Position numbers and translations under genes: made by a program. Positions 1 to 12,799 of a stretch of 64,000 bases of DNA are shown piece after piece; within the stretch, counting starts at the first letter, position 1; each line of letters starts with the position of its first letter. The notes under the pieces were generated by a model. The model was not told the origin of the DNA. It searched no databases and saw only the letters and a list, made by a program, of their open reading frames with translations. The stretch covers positions 118,360,001 through 118,424,000 of the forward strand of contig NC_058368.1 in the NCBI RefSeq assembly GCF_018350175.1, read 5' to 3'. This DNA comes from Felis catus (lineage: Eukaryota).

Positions 1-187
1 AAAGAGCTTGGCCTGTTTTAGAATCATCAGCGAGATGGCGATGTATGATGGGACCAAAGAAGTGTTTAAAGACCTGGTCATGACCTTTCAGCCATTGCAG
101 GGAGTATGGATTCTATTTTAAGTCTGTTGCAAAGCCTTTAGAGAGAATGGGAAGCAGAGCAGTAACATAATCTGATTTATAGATATA

Positions 188-382
188 TTTTTAAGTTTAT
201 TTCTTTATTGAGCGGGGTGGGGGCGGGGGGAAGCGGGGACGGAGAAAAGGGAAGAGAGAGAATCCCAAGCAGTCTCCACACTGTCAGCGCAGAGCCCAAT
301 GTGGGGCTCAAAATCATGAACCATGAAATCATGACCTGAGCCAAAGTCAGAGGCTTAACTGACTAAGCCACCCAGGTGCCCC
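188..382 (-). mobile_element. Can-SINE inserted in an L2 remnant
   Basis: Ends ...gccacccaggtgcccc (reverse complement of the SINE head), T-rich tail at left; flanks are L2-like. Confidence 0.85.
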
Positions 383-888
383 TCAAATTTATATTTTTAA
401 AAGATAACTTTGGCAGCTGGGCAGAGACTAGTTTGTGCAAGGGCGCAAGTGGAAGCAGGAGGCCGCTGAGAAGCTGCCACCATGGTCCAGGGGAGACCAT
501 GGCTCTCTGGTGGCAGCAAGAGAAGGCTGTCCTCCCACAGGAGACTGCCATCAGCGTTAGTGTTTTGCTATTGCCTGCAAAAGCAGAATGACTTCCTTTC
601 CCACTTACCATAAACATTTTAATTATCCTCTGTCTCATTTCCCTTTTTATTTATGAATAAACATATGCATTTCCCCACCAAGTTATTTTAAATGTTATGC
701 TCTGTCAGTCAGATTAATTTGTGTTTGTGAGTACTTTTGTGACAGGCTCTCTTTTTCCCAACTTCCATTCGTGTTGGGTATTTCAGAACCTCACTCCCTT
801 CTCTTGCCTCTCTCTTCTTTTTTTCTTCTTGTAAGGCTTGCATCTGGGCAAATCCTGTCCCCGTTTTGGGGTAAATTCCTCTTTGTGC

Positions 889-1190
889 TGTTAAAAGAGA
901 AAGTGAGGCATGTTAAAACTTGGAGAGTTTATTTGGGTGAAAGTCTATTGGAGTCAGGCAGCTCCAAACCGGAAGTGGTTGTGAGAGCTCCACTGACTGG
1001 AGCTGGGGAAAGACTTCGAGAAGGTACAGAAGCCAAGGGAGGAAGGTGTTTGGCCACAGCTCAAAGCCTCCTTGGCTGTCTGTGATTGGTCGTCCTTAGG
1101 TTTTGGTTTCGTAACCTGGGGGCATATGCTTGCTTGCCACCAGGCATCAGAGCCACCTCAGTGTAATGTCTCCTTATTCAGTTAGCTTCC
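889..1190 (-). mobile_element. ERV1-class solo LTR (MER39/MER34-like), degenerate
   Basis: Reverse complement aligns by eye with the LTR at 22261-22607 (tgttaaaagagaaagtgaggca, gagtttatt, gattgg, acctcagt blocks). Confidence 0.7.
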
Positions 1191-1296
1191 TGTCTAAGTA
1201 AAGACTGCCACAATAAAAGTCAGGCATACTTAGTCATAACCCTGCATTGCTTAAGCACCTATTGTATGTCAGGCACCAAATTAAAAATTTGCCTCA

Positions 1297-1518
1297 GGGG
1301 CGCCTGGGTGGCGCAGTCGGTTAAGCGTCCGACTTCAGCCAGGTCACGATCTCGCGGTCCGTGAGTTCGAGCCCCGCGTCGGGCTCTGGGCTGATGATGG
1401 CTCGGAGCCTGGAGCCTGTTTCCGATTCTGTGTCTCCCTCTCTCTCTGCCCCTCGCCCGTTCATGCTCTGTCTCTCTCTGTCCCCAAAATAAATAAACGT
1501 TGAAAAAAAAATTAAAAA
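1297..1518 (+). mobile_element. Young full-length feline SINE (SINEC_Fc-type) with perfect 14-bp TSD
   Basis: GGGGCGCCTGGGTGGCGCAGTCGGTTAAGCGTCCGAC... with A/B boxes, (CT)n, AATAAA and A-tail. TSD aaaaatttgcctca at 1283-1296 and 1519-1532. Splits a MIR. Confidence 0.96.
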
Positions 1519-2639
1519 AAAAATTTGCCTCATATAGTTCTCATGAGAGTCCTGTGACGTGGGTGCTTCTACTGTGCCCATTTTACAGAAAGAGCAAAGC
1601 TCTGGGAAACTAAGCAGATGTCCCCGGGCCTCGTGCTAGAGTGGGAGGCAGAGCCAACATCCAGACCCAGGCCGTCTGATTGATGAGCCACCTCACCCCT
1701 GCCCGCCCCATGGCTGGTTGGTTTAGTCTTAGCTGACCCAGTTTGAGAGCAGAAGGACGGAGAACTGTGTGAGAATACACTATATACACTTCCTTTCTCT
1801 GTGCCTAAGTGAAGTCAACAACATACAAATTCAAGTTCTAATGCAAATACGCAGCGATTTGTTGGCTGAGTGAAGCCTTTCGGGCATTTTCTGTAGCAAG
1901 TCTATGGCTCCGAGGGTGAGACTAGGCCTTGATTGAATGTGACATTGCTGTCAGTCCCGATTTGTGCTTACAGATGAGTGACGGTCCCTGGAGGCCCCAT
2001 GACACTTGGATGCAGCCCTGCCAGGGCTCCTGCACACCGCACCTCCCCTCTACGAACACAGAGCTGGTGCAGCTGCTAAGCCCATCGGGCCTAATGACTG
2101 TCTTCATTTTCATGCCTGGCCATTGTTAACGACATTTGGCCATTGCACACACACGCACTAAATAGAATTAGGATGTACTGGAAAATGTGACTTCTGCATA
2201 GGAAGTCACAAATCCAAAAATTGCCATCTGGATCTTATGTGGTCTTACACAAGAAGGCAGCTTCTCAAGACAGCACATTTCGGGGGCAGCCGGGCAGCTT
2301 CCTCTCTGTCCTTCCTGCCCCCAACTGCTGAGCCCAGCTCTGTGACCTGGGTGGAGTAGGAGATGGGCCCGTAGATGAAGAATCTACGCCTGTGCCTTCC
2401 TTGTTCTCAGACCGTGACCACTGACAGGCCGGAACCCTTCGCTCTGTCTTTGCTGATGCTGCAGTGAAGGCTTCTTTTCCCTTCTCAGAAACCTCACCGA
2501 CACCATCTCCCAGTATCACCTTGTGTCTCATTCTCTGCATAGACAGAGCGCCCTTTAATTGTTTCATGAATTTTATCAAGGCTGGCATGGCTTCCCCGAG
2601 GACGGCGAGTAGGGGGCCAGCGAGCGTAAACCCTCGCTG

Positions 2640-2765
2640 GCTGTTACCCATCACCACTGCTGCCGCTACTGTTGCTCCTGCTACCGCCGCTAATGCTACC
2701 ACTGGTGTTACTACTGCTGCTCCTACCACTACTGCTCCCATTGCTACTGCTGCTGCTGCCACTCA
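2640..2765. repeat. Degenerate (GCT/ACT)n trinucleotide tract, resuming at ~3300-3378
   Basis: actgctgccgctactgttgctcctgctacc... with 3-nt periodicity. Confidence 0.8.
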
Positions 2766-3299
2766 TGCAGAAGGGAAAGGAGACTCAGGAGTCAAGTTGA
2801 CCCAAGTAAAGCCATGTTGGTTTCAGGCTGACCCTTAGCCTGAACGTCAGCAGGTCATAAAAAGAGTCACAAGATCTGACCCATAGGAGACCACGAGACC
2901 TCACTCCCTCCGGCAATAAAAGCCACAAAATTCGGCCATTCTTAAAATTGTCCCGTGTGAGGAACTGCACAGCCTTAAGACAGTTGGGAAAACTACCCAC
3001 CCAACATAAAATATAAACCCAAAGTCAAAGAGTTAGCCTCTCCCTGCACAGTTACCTGGTTTAAAAAAAAAAAAAAAGTCGTAAAACGCTTCATTAGAGG
3101 CAAAGGGTGGTCCTCTTTCTCATCTGGGAGGAGAGACCACTACTTAGTGAAGGAGCTCCTTTCTCCCTCCTATAGTTAACAAATCGTTGTCCCTTTCTCT
3201 AAATGGCCTGCTCTTGAATTTTTTCTTGTGGGAAGTCGAGAGCCCTGGTGGTGGTGGGCCTGAGGCACCCCCTCTCGGGGCCTCGCCCATCAGGCATCA
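2766..3299 (+). mobile_element. Probable ERV1-class solo LTR
   Basis: TG...CA ends and an ERV1-like 3' end (cttgaattttttcttgtgggaagtcgagagccct...ggcatca); interrupts the GCT tract. Confidence 0.6.
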
Positions 3300-3854
3300 C
3301 TGCCATTCATCCTGTTCTGCTGCTGCTACCGTAACCTCTGCTGCTATTACTACTGCTGCGACTCCTGCCTCTACTGGCAATAGGGTTCGTGCCTTCTACA
3401 TCTCTTATATTCTAGAAGACTGCTTGGTACAGAATAGGTGTTTGTTGAACACTCAGCAACCTGGCTTTCTGTTTCTGTTTCACCACTGGTAAAACACCCA
3501 TCAGTGATTCCCAAACACTACCTTTACATAGGAGTGTACCATCTGTGTAATTACTGTTCTCAGTATTCTTCAGACCCGTGGATCACCTTTGTTTTACTTG
3601 ATTTCTTTTACAATCTGTTTATTACATCAGTTCCACAAATGGAAAACCCAGCACCTTATGCATGAAGTCGAAGGAAACTTTAAACCTCATTTATAACTAT
3701 GAAGAACAAAAATGTTTGTCCTTGTGCATCTAAAAACTTCTATGTCACCTATGAAATCTGACACTGATGTCTGAGTTTACTAGAAGGGGATTGGAGCATT
3801 GACTGTCAATGCCCTTTAGACTGTACTACTTTTTTGTGTTCTCCACCCTTCTTG

Positions 3855-4269
3855 TTGCCAGAATCTGCACCCCTGTGCCTAAAGGCTTTTTTCAGACATA
3901 GAAGGCCCCTCTGCCCTGCTCCGGCAGCTGCCAGGGAATGCACCTTCTGAGGATAGCCTGAACCAATGACTGATGGGAATTGATGTGAAAGCGGCCCAGC
4001 TTCCTCACTGCCTCCGCCCCCCCCCCCCCCCCCACCGTGGGATACTTCTGAGGTGTGCCACTTATACTGTTGCCCAGAGTTTCCTAGGAAGGTTGAGTCC
4101 CAGGCACTTGCTGCAGTTGCTGACTTACTAACACACCCATTGTTGAGTGCCTGCCTTTTCTCTGTCATCTCCCCAACCCTTTCCCAGTGTCCCTGTGCTT
4201 CCTAAATGAACTACTTGGTCTGAAGCCCTTATTTCTTGGTCTGCTCTGTGGGGAGCCCAAACCAAGTCA
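3855..4269 (+). mobile_element. ERVL LTR16-like solo LTR
   Basis: accaatgactgatgggaattg and cccagcttcctc blocks, and terminal ctgctctgtggggagcccaaaccaagtca typical of LTR16. Confidence 0.7.
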
Positions 4270-4707
4270 GGGGCCACTTGCAAATCGGTGGATGATGGTC
4301 ACTTTCACATTCGCTAATTGAGGTTTCCATGATGTGTGCTTTCCACAACCGTGCACTGTCTGTGTAGATTTATCAAATGGTCAGTGGGAGCAAGTGCAAC
4401 GTGCGATCGTATTTTGACAAATGTTTTATCCAGGTAACATTTTCCTACCAAAGTAACCACTTGAAAATATTTTCCACAAAATATTTTCCAGAAATTGAAC
4501 CAAGTCTAAACAGTTTCAAGTCGTCTCTTTCCTATACACACAAGTAAACACAAGACAAAACTTTTATTTGGATAGTGTCCTCCCACGGAGCAGTCAGTAT
4601 GCTCAAAGCCTGGGGAGTTACTAAACAGAGAGATTGGTTGTACATGAAGTTACTTAATCACTTTGAGAGGGTAGAGATAAAGGAGATATTCACCAAGGAT
4701 TACTATC

Positions 4708-4895
4708 ATCACAATATTGTAGTTAATTACTAATATTGTAGTAATATTGTAGTTAATTACAAATAACTACTAATAACTAATTATCACAATATTGTAGTTA
4801 ATTACTAATATTGTACTAATATTGTAGTTAAGTACAAATAATCTTGTAATATTGTAGTAATATTACTAATATTGTAGTTAATATTGTAGTTAATA
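4708..4895. repeat. AT-rich minisatellite built on aatattgtag(tt)a with a ~75-bp higher-order duplication
   Basis: About 9 copies of aatattgta; the 59-nt blocks 4708-4766 and 4783-4841 differ at only 2 positions. Confidence 0.9.
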
Positions 4896-7800
4896 ACTTC
4901 AAAATCCTCACACTTTTGTCACTGTGCTCTCTTTTAATTGAACCCTCCACATCAAAGCTATGCCATTGTCTCCTGCAAAATCTCAGTCCAGGGAATGAAG
5001 TAGCACCAAAACCAGCTTAGGTTGAAAAGGCAAGTTTTACACTTTGCTGTGTGGATCTAGATGTTACTTATTTTCTACTTTGCCTCTTCAGAGACCAATG
5101 TCATCAGGGCCTTAGTTTCCTTCCAGCTTTCTGATGTACCATCATTACAATATGGTCGTTGACACTTCACGCCTAGTGCAAGGATGTTGGAGTGCTGTTC
5201 CTATGTCAGAGGCCCAGGAAGAGGAAGAGGGGCCAAGTGCAAATAGGGCTAGCTTGTTTGCCTGTTGAACTGGCCCTTCCCTTATAAGGAACCAGAAGTA
5301 CAATTTAACAGCTTCTTTTCACATCTCATTGGCTTGAACTGTGTCACATGGCCACCCACTTGCAAGGGAGGCTGGGAAACGTACCTTTTAATTGGATCTT
5401 CACCACCAACAAAATTAGAATACTGTTAATACGAAAGAAGGGAGAATGGATCCTGGACAGGCAGCTAGCTTTCACTTCCAGAGAATGAGGGTCAGAGAAA
5501 GCACCTTAGAGGAAGAGACATCTCAGCTATGACCTACAAATGAAGAATTACCTATGCTAGTAGCAGTGGGAGAGGCTTTCTGGGAAGAGAGATGGCAGTG
5601 TATAAAAGAGGGAACGGAGAGAAGAGAAAAGAGCTTAGCTCTCCAGGTTGAGCATCCCAAACCGAGCAAGGTGAGTCTTCCAGACCTTTCCCTGGCTTTC
5701 CATAGAGAGGCACGAGGACTGTAGCCAAATCAGAAAAGAATGCTGAGCGGGAATATTAAGTGTCTATTCTCAGAAAGTGAATATTATATATCACCGTTCC
5801 TCCATGACTCATCCCTTCCCAAATATCTTTAATTTTGAGGGCATGGTATTTTTTCCACTGTGAGTATGAAATGGTGGTCTCTCTTCCTGCCAAAGTCCTC
5901 GTCAGCTTTGTTCTGGACTTTGGAAAAAAGAAATCCTGTTTCCTGTCCTTTGTTTCCTGGCTGCAGCCTCTGGTTCCACCCCCTTCTTGGGCTCACAGTG
6001 TCTATTTCCGCCTCAGATTCTCTTACAAGCCCCTAGATCAGTTTTCTTTTCCTTAGTTATTAGTTAGTCGTGTACAGTTATCAAAGAAGAAAATAACTTC
6101 TCTCCATCCAGGTTTTTTTTTTCCTTTCCCCGTGGATTACCTTGTTTTGTTTTTTCTTAAATCAGTTTCTCAGACTTTGAACACAGGAGGAAACTAAGCA
6201 GGTGTTGAGGGCCTCATTCTCCTGGGGAATATACTAGAGCAATGTTGTTTTGAGACCAGAAATGATGTAATCAGGTCACTGGCAACAAAACGAAGACAAG
6301 GAAAACTCCAGGGTTTTAGGTCTTGGGTGGGGAGATTGAGAGATAGAACACTGTGGCCAGGAGGTGGAATCAAGTGTGCCCTGTCTAAGAGAACAGCTTC
6401 GAGGTTTGCATAACTTCTTCTGTTTCTAGGCTAGCTGACCTTAGGCAAGTTATTGGACTGCTCTAAGCTTTAGGGGTGTTTGTTTGTTTGTTTGTTTGTT
6501 TGTTTTCATTTGTAGAAAAGGAGCTACTAGTTTCAACCTTCAAGTTGCATGGGGTAAATAAAATGATAGATATAAAGTGTTTGGCATATCCCCCTAGAAA
6601 GCACTCAACAAATAATCATCATTGTTATTACTAGTACGATTTAGAGCATTTGTGGGTTTTTTTAATTAAAATAATGATATTCTTCATAACGTGTACCAGA
6701 CTAGCATTAACCCTGAGCCCTCCCTCCATGGAGACTTGAGGGACAGATAATAAACTCCTGTGAGTGAGGGCTACCTGGGTGGATGATATAACCCCAAATG
6801 TTCTCAGTTTGAGGTTAGCCCCAGCTATCCAACTCACCTGGGAAATGCCTGAGGGTGAGGAAGAGACAGCCTGCTCTGGATTCTCTCCAGGGTGTCAGTG
6901 GGTTAGTCTATTGACAGATGAGGAGAATTCCAGCTGGAAATACAGATTTAGGAATCATGATTCTCTCCCTCACAATGGCCTAGAGGAGTATCGTTTTGAA
7001 TCTTTCCACCAGTCTGTTAAAACTATTTGGATGTTGACCGCAGTTCAGAGCTTCGCTTCTCTAAACCACTAAACCACTACCTTCTGGAAATCGTTGGCCA
7101 AAATGAGAGGATTTAGTAGGCACGGTTCTGGGAGTGTGTCTGTTACATAGTCAACTGCATTTGTATGTTTTCCGTATCACGCAGGATAGGCTAGGGTATG
7201 CAGTAGAAACAAAGGGCCCTAAAATTTCAGGGCCTTAAAACAAAAAAGGTTATTTTGCTCACACTGTATGTCAAGATCAGTGTCCTCTGTCCCTGACAGA
7301 GGGAAAAGGGACACATAAAATCATAGTCTGATTCTTACAGACTATGGCCCACCTTTCATAGCCCCCGTTCCTACAGCCACACCAAACTTCAGCAAAGCAT
7401 TCTCCTGTCCCTGTGTTAGTATTTCTCCCTCTCAAATGGTCCTGCCTGTAGGCAGTGAGATCTAAGGGGTGGTCTCAAACCTTTGAAGTTGTTTGGCTTG
7501 AAACTGTAGAGGACTGACCAATGATCTAATGAAAAGGAAGCAGGATGGGGATTTTTGAATGCCTGCTAAGAGCCTCTTTTGAGAAGGCAGTAATGTTTCA
7601 TCTGCTCACCAGGTTCAAAGCCAAACCTGTTCCATGCCTGACAATTAAGCCTTAAAATAGAAACGGAAAGTTTGGACAATAAAACAGTCAAGGTATATAT
7701 AATAGCCATGTTGCTTCTCCTTGACATATGGTCAAAATAATCTTTGTAAGAATAGTAGATATAGTAAATATAATAGGTTATAATAGGCTTAGTAAGAATA

Positions 7801-8727
7801 CTAGGTTATAATAGATCTAGTAAGAAAAATAGATATATTGCACCCTTTCCAAGGGAGAGCTCAGGACAGAACTGTCAGATAAATAAGTCTATATAGCTTC
7901 ATTGCCTTATTCCTAATTAATTCTGCTTATAATTTAGAAGTTGAGAAAATAATATACATGGTTGAAAGATGAGTTCAGATCGCACCTGCCACTTAAATCT
8001 CCAAGAACGCATTGGACAGTTAGACTGTCTTGAATGAAATGTTTAAGTGAAGCCAACAGAGATATAATCAAGCCACCATTTATTGCCTGCTTATCATGTG
8101 CCTGGCACCAGGTTATGCATTCTATACCAAAAAGGCATTTTACCATTCTCTCAACAAAGGGCGGGACCATTGAGGCTTTGAGAGCTTACGGTGTTCTGCT
8201 CAAGGTCACTTGGCTAGTACATGGCATAGCCAAAGCCTGATTTTAGGTTTGCTTGAATCCAAAGGCCAAACTCTGAATCAATAGCAGTTAACTAATGAGA
8301 CTTCACCTAAGGGAACCAAAAAGGGTTGCCAGGAAATTTTGAGTGGCTGTATATGATATTTGGCTATTTTCCACATTTGAGGAACTGAGGCACAAAAGGG
8401 ATTTACACAATGATATATAGCAAGTTTTATATCAATCAAAGATTAGCTCTAGTTCTGAAAGTAATAAAATAAACTTATGCTCCCAGTCCTCAATGGAGAG
8501 CATGATAGCTGGATTTGGGCATTTTGTGAGGCAGCTGGCCTTAGGAAAAGTATGGTTGGTACTGTAGCCTTTCAGCTTCGACTTTCTCAGTCGGGTTTTT
8601 AGAAACTTCCTCCCTCCAACTTAAGCCAAAGCATGACTGTGTCTAGAAATGGGACTAGCTTTTCTGGAAAGGAAAGCACTGCTCAGGACCCCAAGTTCAG
8701 AATCATGTGTGCTGGAAGAAAAAAAAA

Positions 8728-8936
8728 AGTTTTACTAATTACTTATTCTTGAGAGAGAAAGAGACAGAGCATGAGTGGGGGAGGGGGGCAGAGAGAGGGA
8801 GGCACAGAATCCAAAGCAGGCTCCAGGCTCTGAGCTGTCAGCACAGAGCCTAACACAGGGCTTGAACTCACAGACTGTGAAATCATGACATAAGCTGAAG
8901 TCAGATGCTTAACCAGCTGAGCCACCCAGGTGCCCC
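8728..8936 (-). mobile_element. Can-SINE
   Basis: Reverse-complement head ...gccacccaggtgcccc; TSD-like aatcat(g/c)tgtgctg at 8701 and 8939. Confidence 0.92.
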
Positions 8937-10645
8937 TTAATCATCTGTGCTGTTTAAAGTCTTGGTCAAACTTTTGAGTTGGCTGAATTCTCTAAGGGTA
9001 ACTTGGAATTTTTATATCCTGTGGAGGGGCCTCTTGACCTCCTTTTCTCTAAGGTCTGAGGACCCTATAAGATAGTCATCGATGTTACAATCATTTTTTG
9101 AGCATCTCCTCTGTGTGCCAGACATGAGCTGGTGATACCTTGGAAGACAAAACAGTACTTGACTTCAAGGAGCTTATTATGAGTTGCTCAGGAAAACAGG
9201 ACATGTCATGAACAGTGAGACCAGTTGCCATTTTACTTGAGATGCAGTGCCATATTTAATACGCTTTCCAGTGATGCTTGAACCAAGCAGGCACTTTCCA
9301 AGTAAGGCAACAGGGCATCGTGGAAGAAATGCCTGGGCACCGATGGGGTTACACCAATAATAAGTGATCGAGTTCATTGATCATTAACCCTATTCCTTAA
9401 CCTCACTGAGTTCAGTTTCCCCTGCTGTAAAATGGGGATGATGATAATACTAACTTTGAAGAGCCATGGCGAAGATTAAATGAACTAATGCATCTAAAAC
9501 CTCCAACAGCATGTCCGGTTCACTGGAAGGGCTCAGGAACTGTTCCTAGAGTCATAATAACAAAGATGCCAACAAAACCAAAAGCTAGTAATAACTGTAA
9601 CAGTGAGTTGGGGGAGGGGACAAAATAGAGGCTGCTGAGAAGAAAAGATTCAGTCACCGAAGCTATTTCCTCGGCAGTAGTCACCCCTTAATATGCATAT
9701 TTGGATGCAATTTCCAGCCATCTCTTAAATACTTACAGAGTAGGCATCTTCTTAAAGTGGTGTGTAAAAAGGGTAAAATGCAGCTGAAGGGGAGCTGGTT
9801 TAAACTGAAACCAAACTCTTCCTTTTTCTTTTTTCTCTTGTCCTTTCTTTCCCTAAGGTCCAGGACAATGGACCTCATTTAGATAAAAAGTATTTACCCA
9901 AACCCTGGTTCCATTTAAGACCTTTTGGCAGGACAGTGAATAATCCCTTCTCCCCTTGAGGAATTGTCACTCTCTGTTATTGTCTATTATCACTGGAACA
10001 AAGATGTCATTATTAAAATAAACTCTTCCTGTAGAATGGCCACTTTAGTTATAAGAGCATCATTCATAAAGGCTTTGTAAGAGTGGAAGCTCTGACATCA
10101 TTATCATATAGAACACTATCGAAGATCTCAGTTCTAGGATCTGTTAGGATTGTTTGGTGGCAAGCAACAGAGCCAACCCTTGGTCACTTAAGCAAAAGAA
10201 ATGGGCAATGGCCTTGCTCCTAGACCCCAAGGAATAGCTGGCAAGCCAGGTTTCAGAAAGCACAGGAATCAAGATTGCTCAGGGAGCAGGAACTAACAGA
10301 TAGACTTTTGGGGTCAACTCAATGCCAGACGAATCAACTTCGCTTATTTTCAGTCTCTGTTTCACTTGTCTCATTTCCTGAGAGAGAAAATCTGGTTGGC
10401 CAAACGTGGGTCTGAGGCCCTGTGGTCAGCCAGGGTGCCTCAGAGCACCTTGACTGACATTCCTACCAAGCCTGCCTACAATGGGAGGGGAATAGTTAGA
10501 TGCCTGGGGAAACTGAGGTACTGCCACCAGAAGGGGCACTAGGTTAATGGGAAGGTAACAAGAGTTTTACACTACAGAGAGCCTCCAAGGTAGAGATGTA
10601 TTGGGCGAATTACTTACGGGGAAACTGAGGCACTGAATTAAAGTA

Positions 10646-11095
10646 CAGTAGTCCCCCGTTTAGATGCAGTTTCAGGTACCAATAGTCAATCGCAGTCCAG
10701 GAGCAGATGAATCTCCTTCTGATTTAACATCAGAAGGTCAATAGTAGCCTAATGCTATATTGCCACGCCTGTGGTCATTCATTTCAACTTCTCCTCAGCA
10801 CACATTTTATCATCTCATATCACCATCATCAGAAGGGTGAATACAACACAATAAGAGAGAGTGAGAGGCCACAGTCACATAACTTTTATTACAGCCTGTT
10901 GTTATAACTGCTGTATTTTATTTTTAGTTATTGTTGTTAGTCTCTTACTGTGCTGAAGTTATAAATTAAACTTTATCATAGCTATGTATGTATAGGAAAA
11001 TAACATAGTATATATAGATTTCAATGCTATTCGTGGTTTTAGGCATCCACCGGGGGTCTTGGAGTGCATCCTCGAAGGATAAGGGGAAACTTCTG
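10646..11095. mobile_element. MER44-like (Tigger/TcMar) non-autonomous DNA transposon inside a MIR
   Basis: TA-flanked; terminal inverted repeats cagtagtccccc ... ggggaaacttctg; aggcatccac-gggggtcttgga end motif. Confidence 0.8.
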
Positions 11096-11194
11096 TAGTT
11101 TGCCTAAGGGGTCACATTTAATGGCAGAAATAAACTTTTTGATTCTTACCAGCCAAATAGGAATTCTCTGCTCATTTTTACCAGCTTGCTAAAG

Positions 11195-11342
11195 CAATGG
11201 TTCAGAGACCTGGCAGTGCATCAGAATTACCTGTGGAACTTGTTAAAAATAGAGGAGCTGGGTTTGGCATGAGGCTGGGGCATCTGTATTTTTAATAAGC
11301 TTCTCATCTGATTCTATTTACAACCAACTTGGAAGCCCACTA
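11195..11342. mobile_element. MER5-like hAT relic
   Basis: gcatcagaattacctgtggaacttgttaaaaat ... catctgtatttttaataagct ... tgattct motifs. Confidence 0.65.
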
Positions 11343-12130
11343 CATCGAGTTTCCATAGGATCCATAGGATATAGAAAAAGCACATCGTAGAACTAAAAAT
11401 GGGATAAGGTGATTTTAGGGAAAGGAGTCAGGTTTGGTGATAAAATTTTTTTGAGGTCCAATCAGTGCTAGCTACCTTCATGGTTTGGGATTAGCGAATG
11501 TGAGGATAGGGAGAACGTTTCCCTGTTTATGACAAGCCTGGGCCAAGGGGATGAGGAAGTTTAGGCTATTGTCCTAGAAAGCACTTACAACTGAGCTTCA
11601 CAAGGCACAGGGCTGGGCCCTGTTAGGGCTCTCCTGACAGCTCTGTGCTGGAGGGGAAGGATCAGATTAGCCAGGTGCTAAGATCTGGAACACAGGAAAG
11701 GGTTGGGAAACAGGCTTGAGCTGGCACACACAGGAAAGGGATTGGTTACCTTTATCTGTTTGTCTCAGCACAGCTGAAGAAGACAGGCCACCCTAAGTGT
11801 ATCAACCAAATTCCTTTCACTAGTTTTGATCAAGTGTTCTTTCCTTCCCCAGTGACTCGGAGGAGGCAACTCTGTCCCCAATTCCGGGGTAGATATTGAT
11901 CAGCCTACATATTCTATCTCCTATGAACATTCTTTCTTCTGGCTCTCGACACTGTCAGGTTTGACTGAGACTCCTAGACATCTGGCTACCAGCCTGCTGA
12001 TGAAACTTACCCAGAAGCAGAGAGCAGAGCCAAAGGAATTGCAGAAGAGCAATATGAGGATATACTGTGGATAGACCTTGATCTATCCCTGAAGTTCTTA
12101 TTATGTAAGATGATAAAATTTTCTGTTGTT

Positions 12131-12681
12131 TGTTCTGGCTGTCTATTGCTATAAAATAATTATCCCAAAATGGAGTGTCTTAAAAGAGCAACTATTTTAT
12201 TTTACTTCACAATTTTGTAGGTCGGAAGCCAGGCAGCATTCAGCTAGGTGATCCTTCTATTCCACGTAGCATCGACTGAGCTCACTGAGTGGTATTCAGC
12301 TGGCTAATAAGCTGGTCTGAAGAGTCCAAAATGTCTTCCCTCACATATTTGGCATCTTGGCAGCTATGGCTGGAAGTCTACGCTCAGCTGAGAGCTTCAA
12401 GCAGAACACATCTATGTGGCTTCTCCAGCATGGCCATCTCAAGGTAGTCAGACTTCTTATATGGGGCTTAGGGCTCTTGGAGAGAGAAAGTTCTAAGAGA
12501 CAGGAAGTGGAAGCTGCCAGTCTCTTCAGGCCCAAGCCTGAACTGGCACAGAATCACTCGGGCCATACGCTCTGGGTCAAAGCAGGCATAAAGGCTGTCC
12601 AGATTCAAGAGGAGGTAGCATAGATTCTACCTCTTGATGGGAAAGTTTCAAAGAGTTTATGACTACCTTTAATTCTCCACA
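12131..12681 (-). mobile_element. MaLR LTR (MLT1H-like), apparently nested in an older MLT1 remnant
   Basis: ctattgct...cccaaaa start, ctccagcatggc and ccagattcaag...ctcttgatggg motifs, ...ccaca end. Confidence 0.72.
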
Positions 12682-12799
12682 TTACTTAATTCAATTGGAG
12701 ACAGGTTTTCTGTTATTTACAGACAAAAGGATCCTAGATAATTAAAGAAATTCAAGGTTCTTTCAAGTCTGGGAAGAGATTTCTTCCTGTTTCTCTTAC

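Noticed and set aside
2265..2762. 165-aa Ala/Val-rich minus-strand ORF
   Set aside because: Antisense reading of the GCT/ACT low-complexity tract; no splice or homology support.
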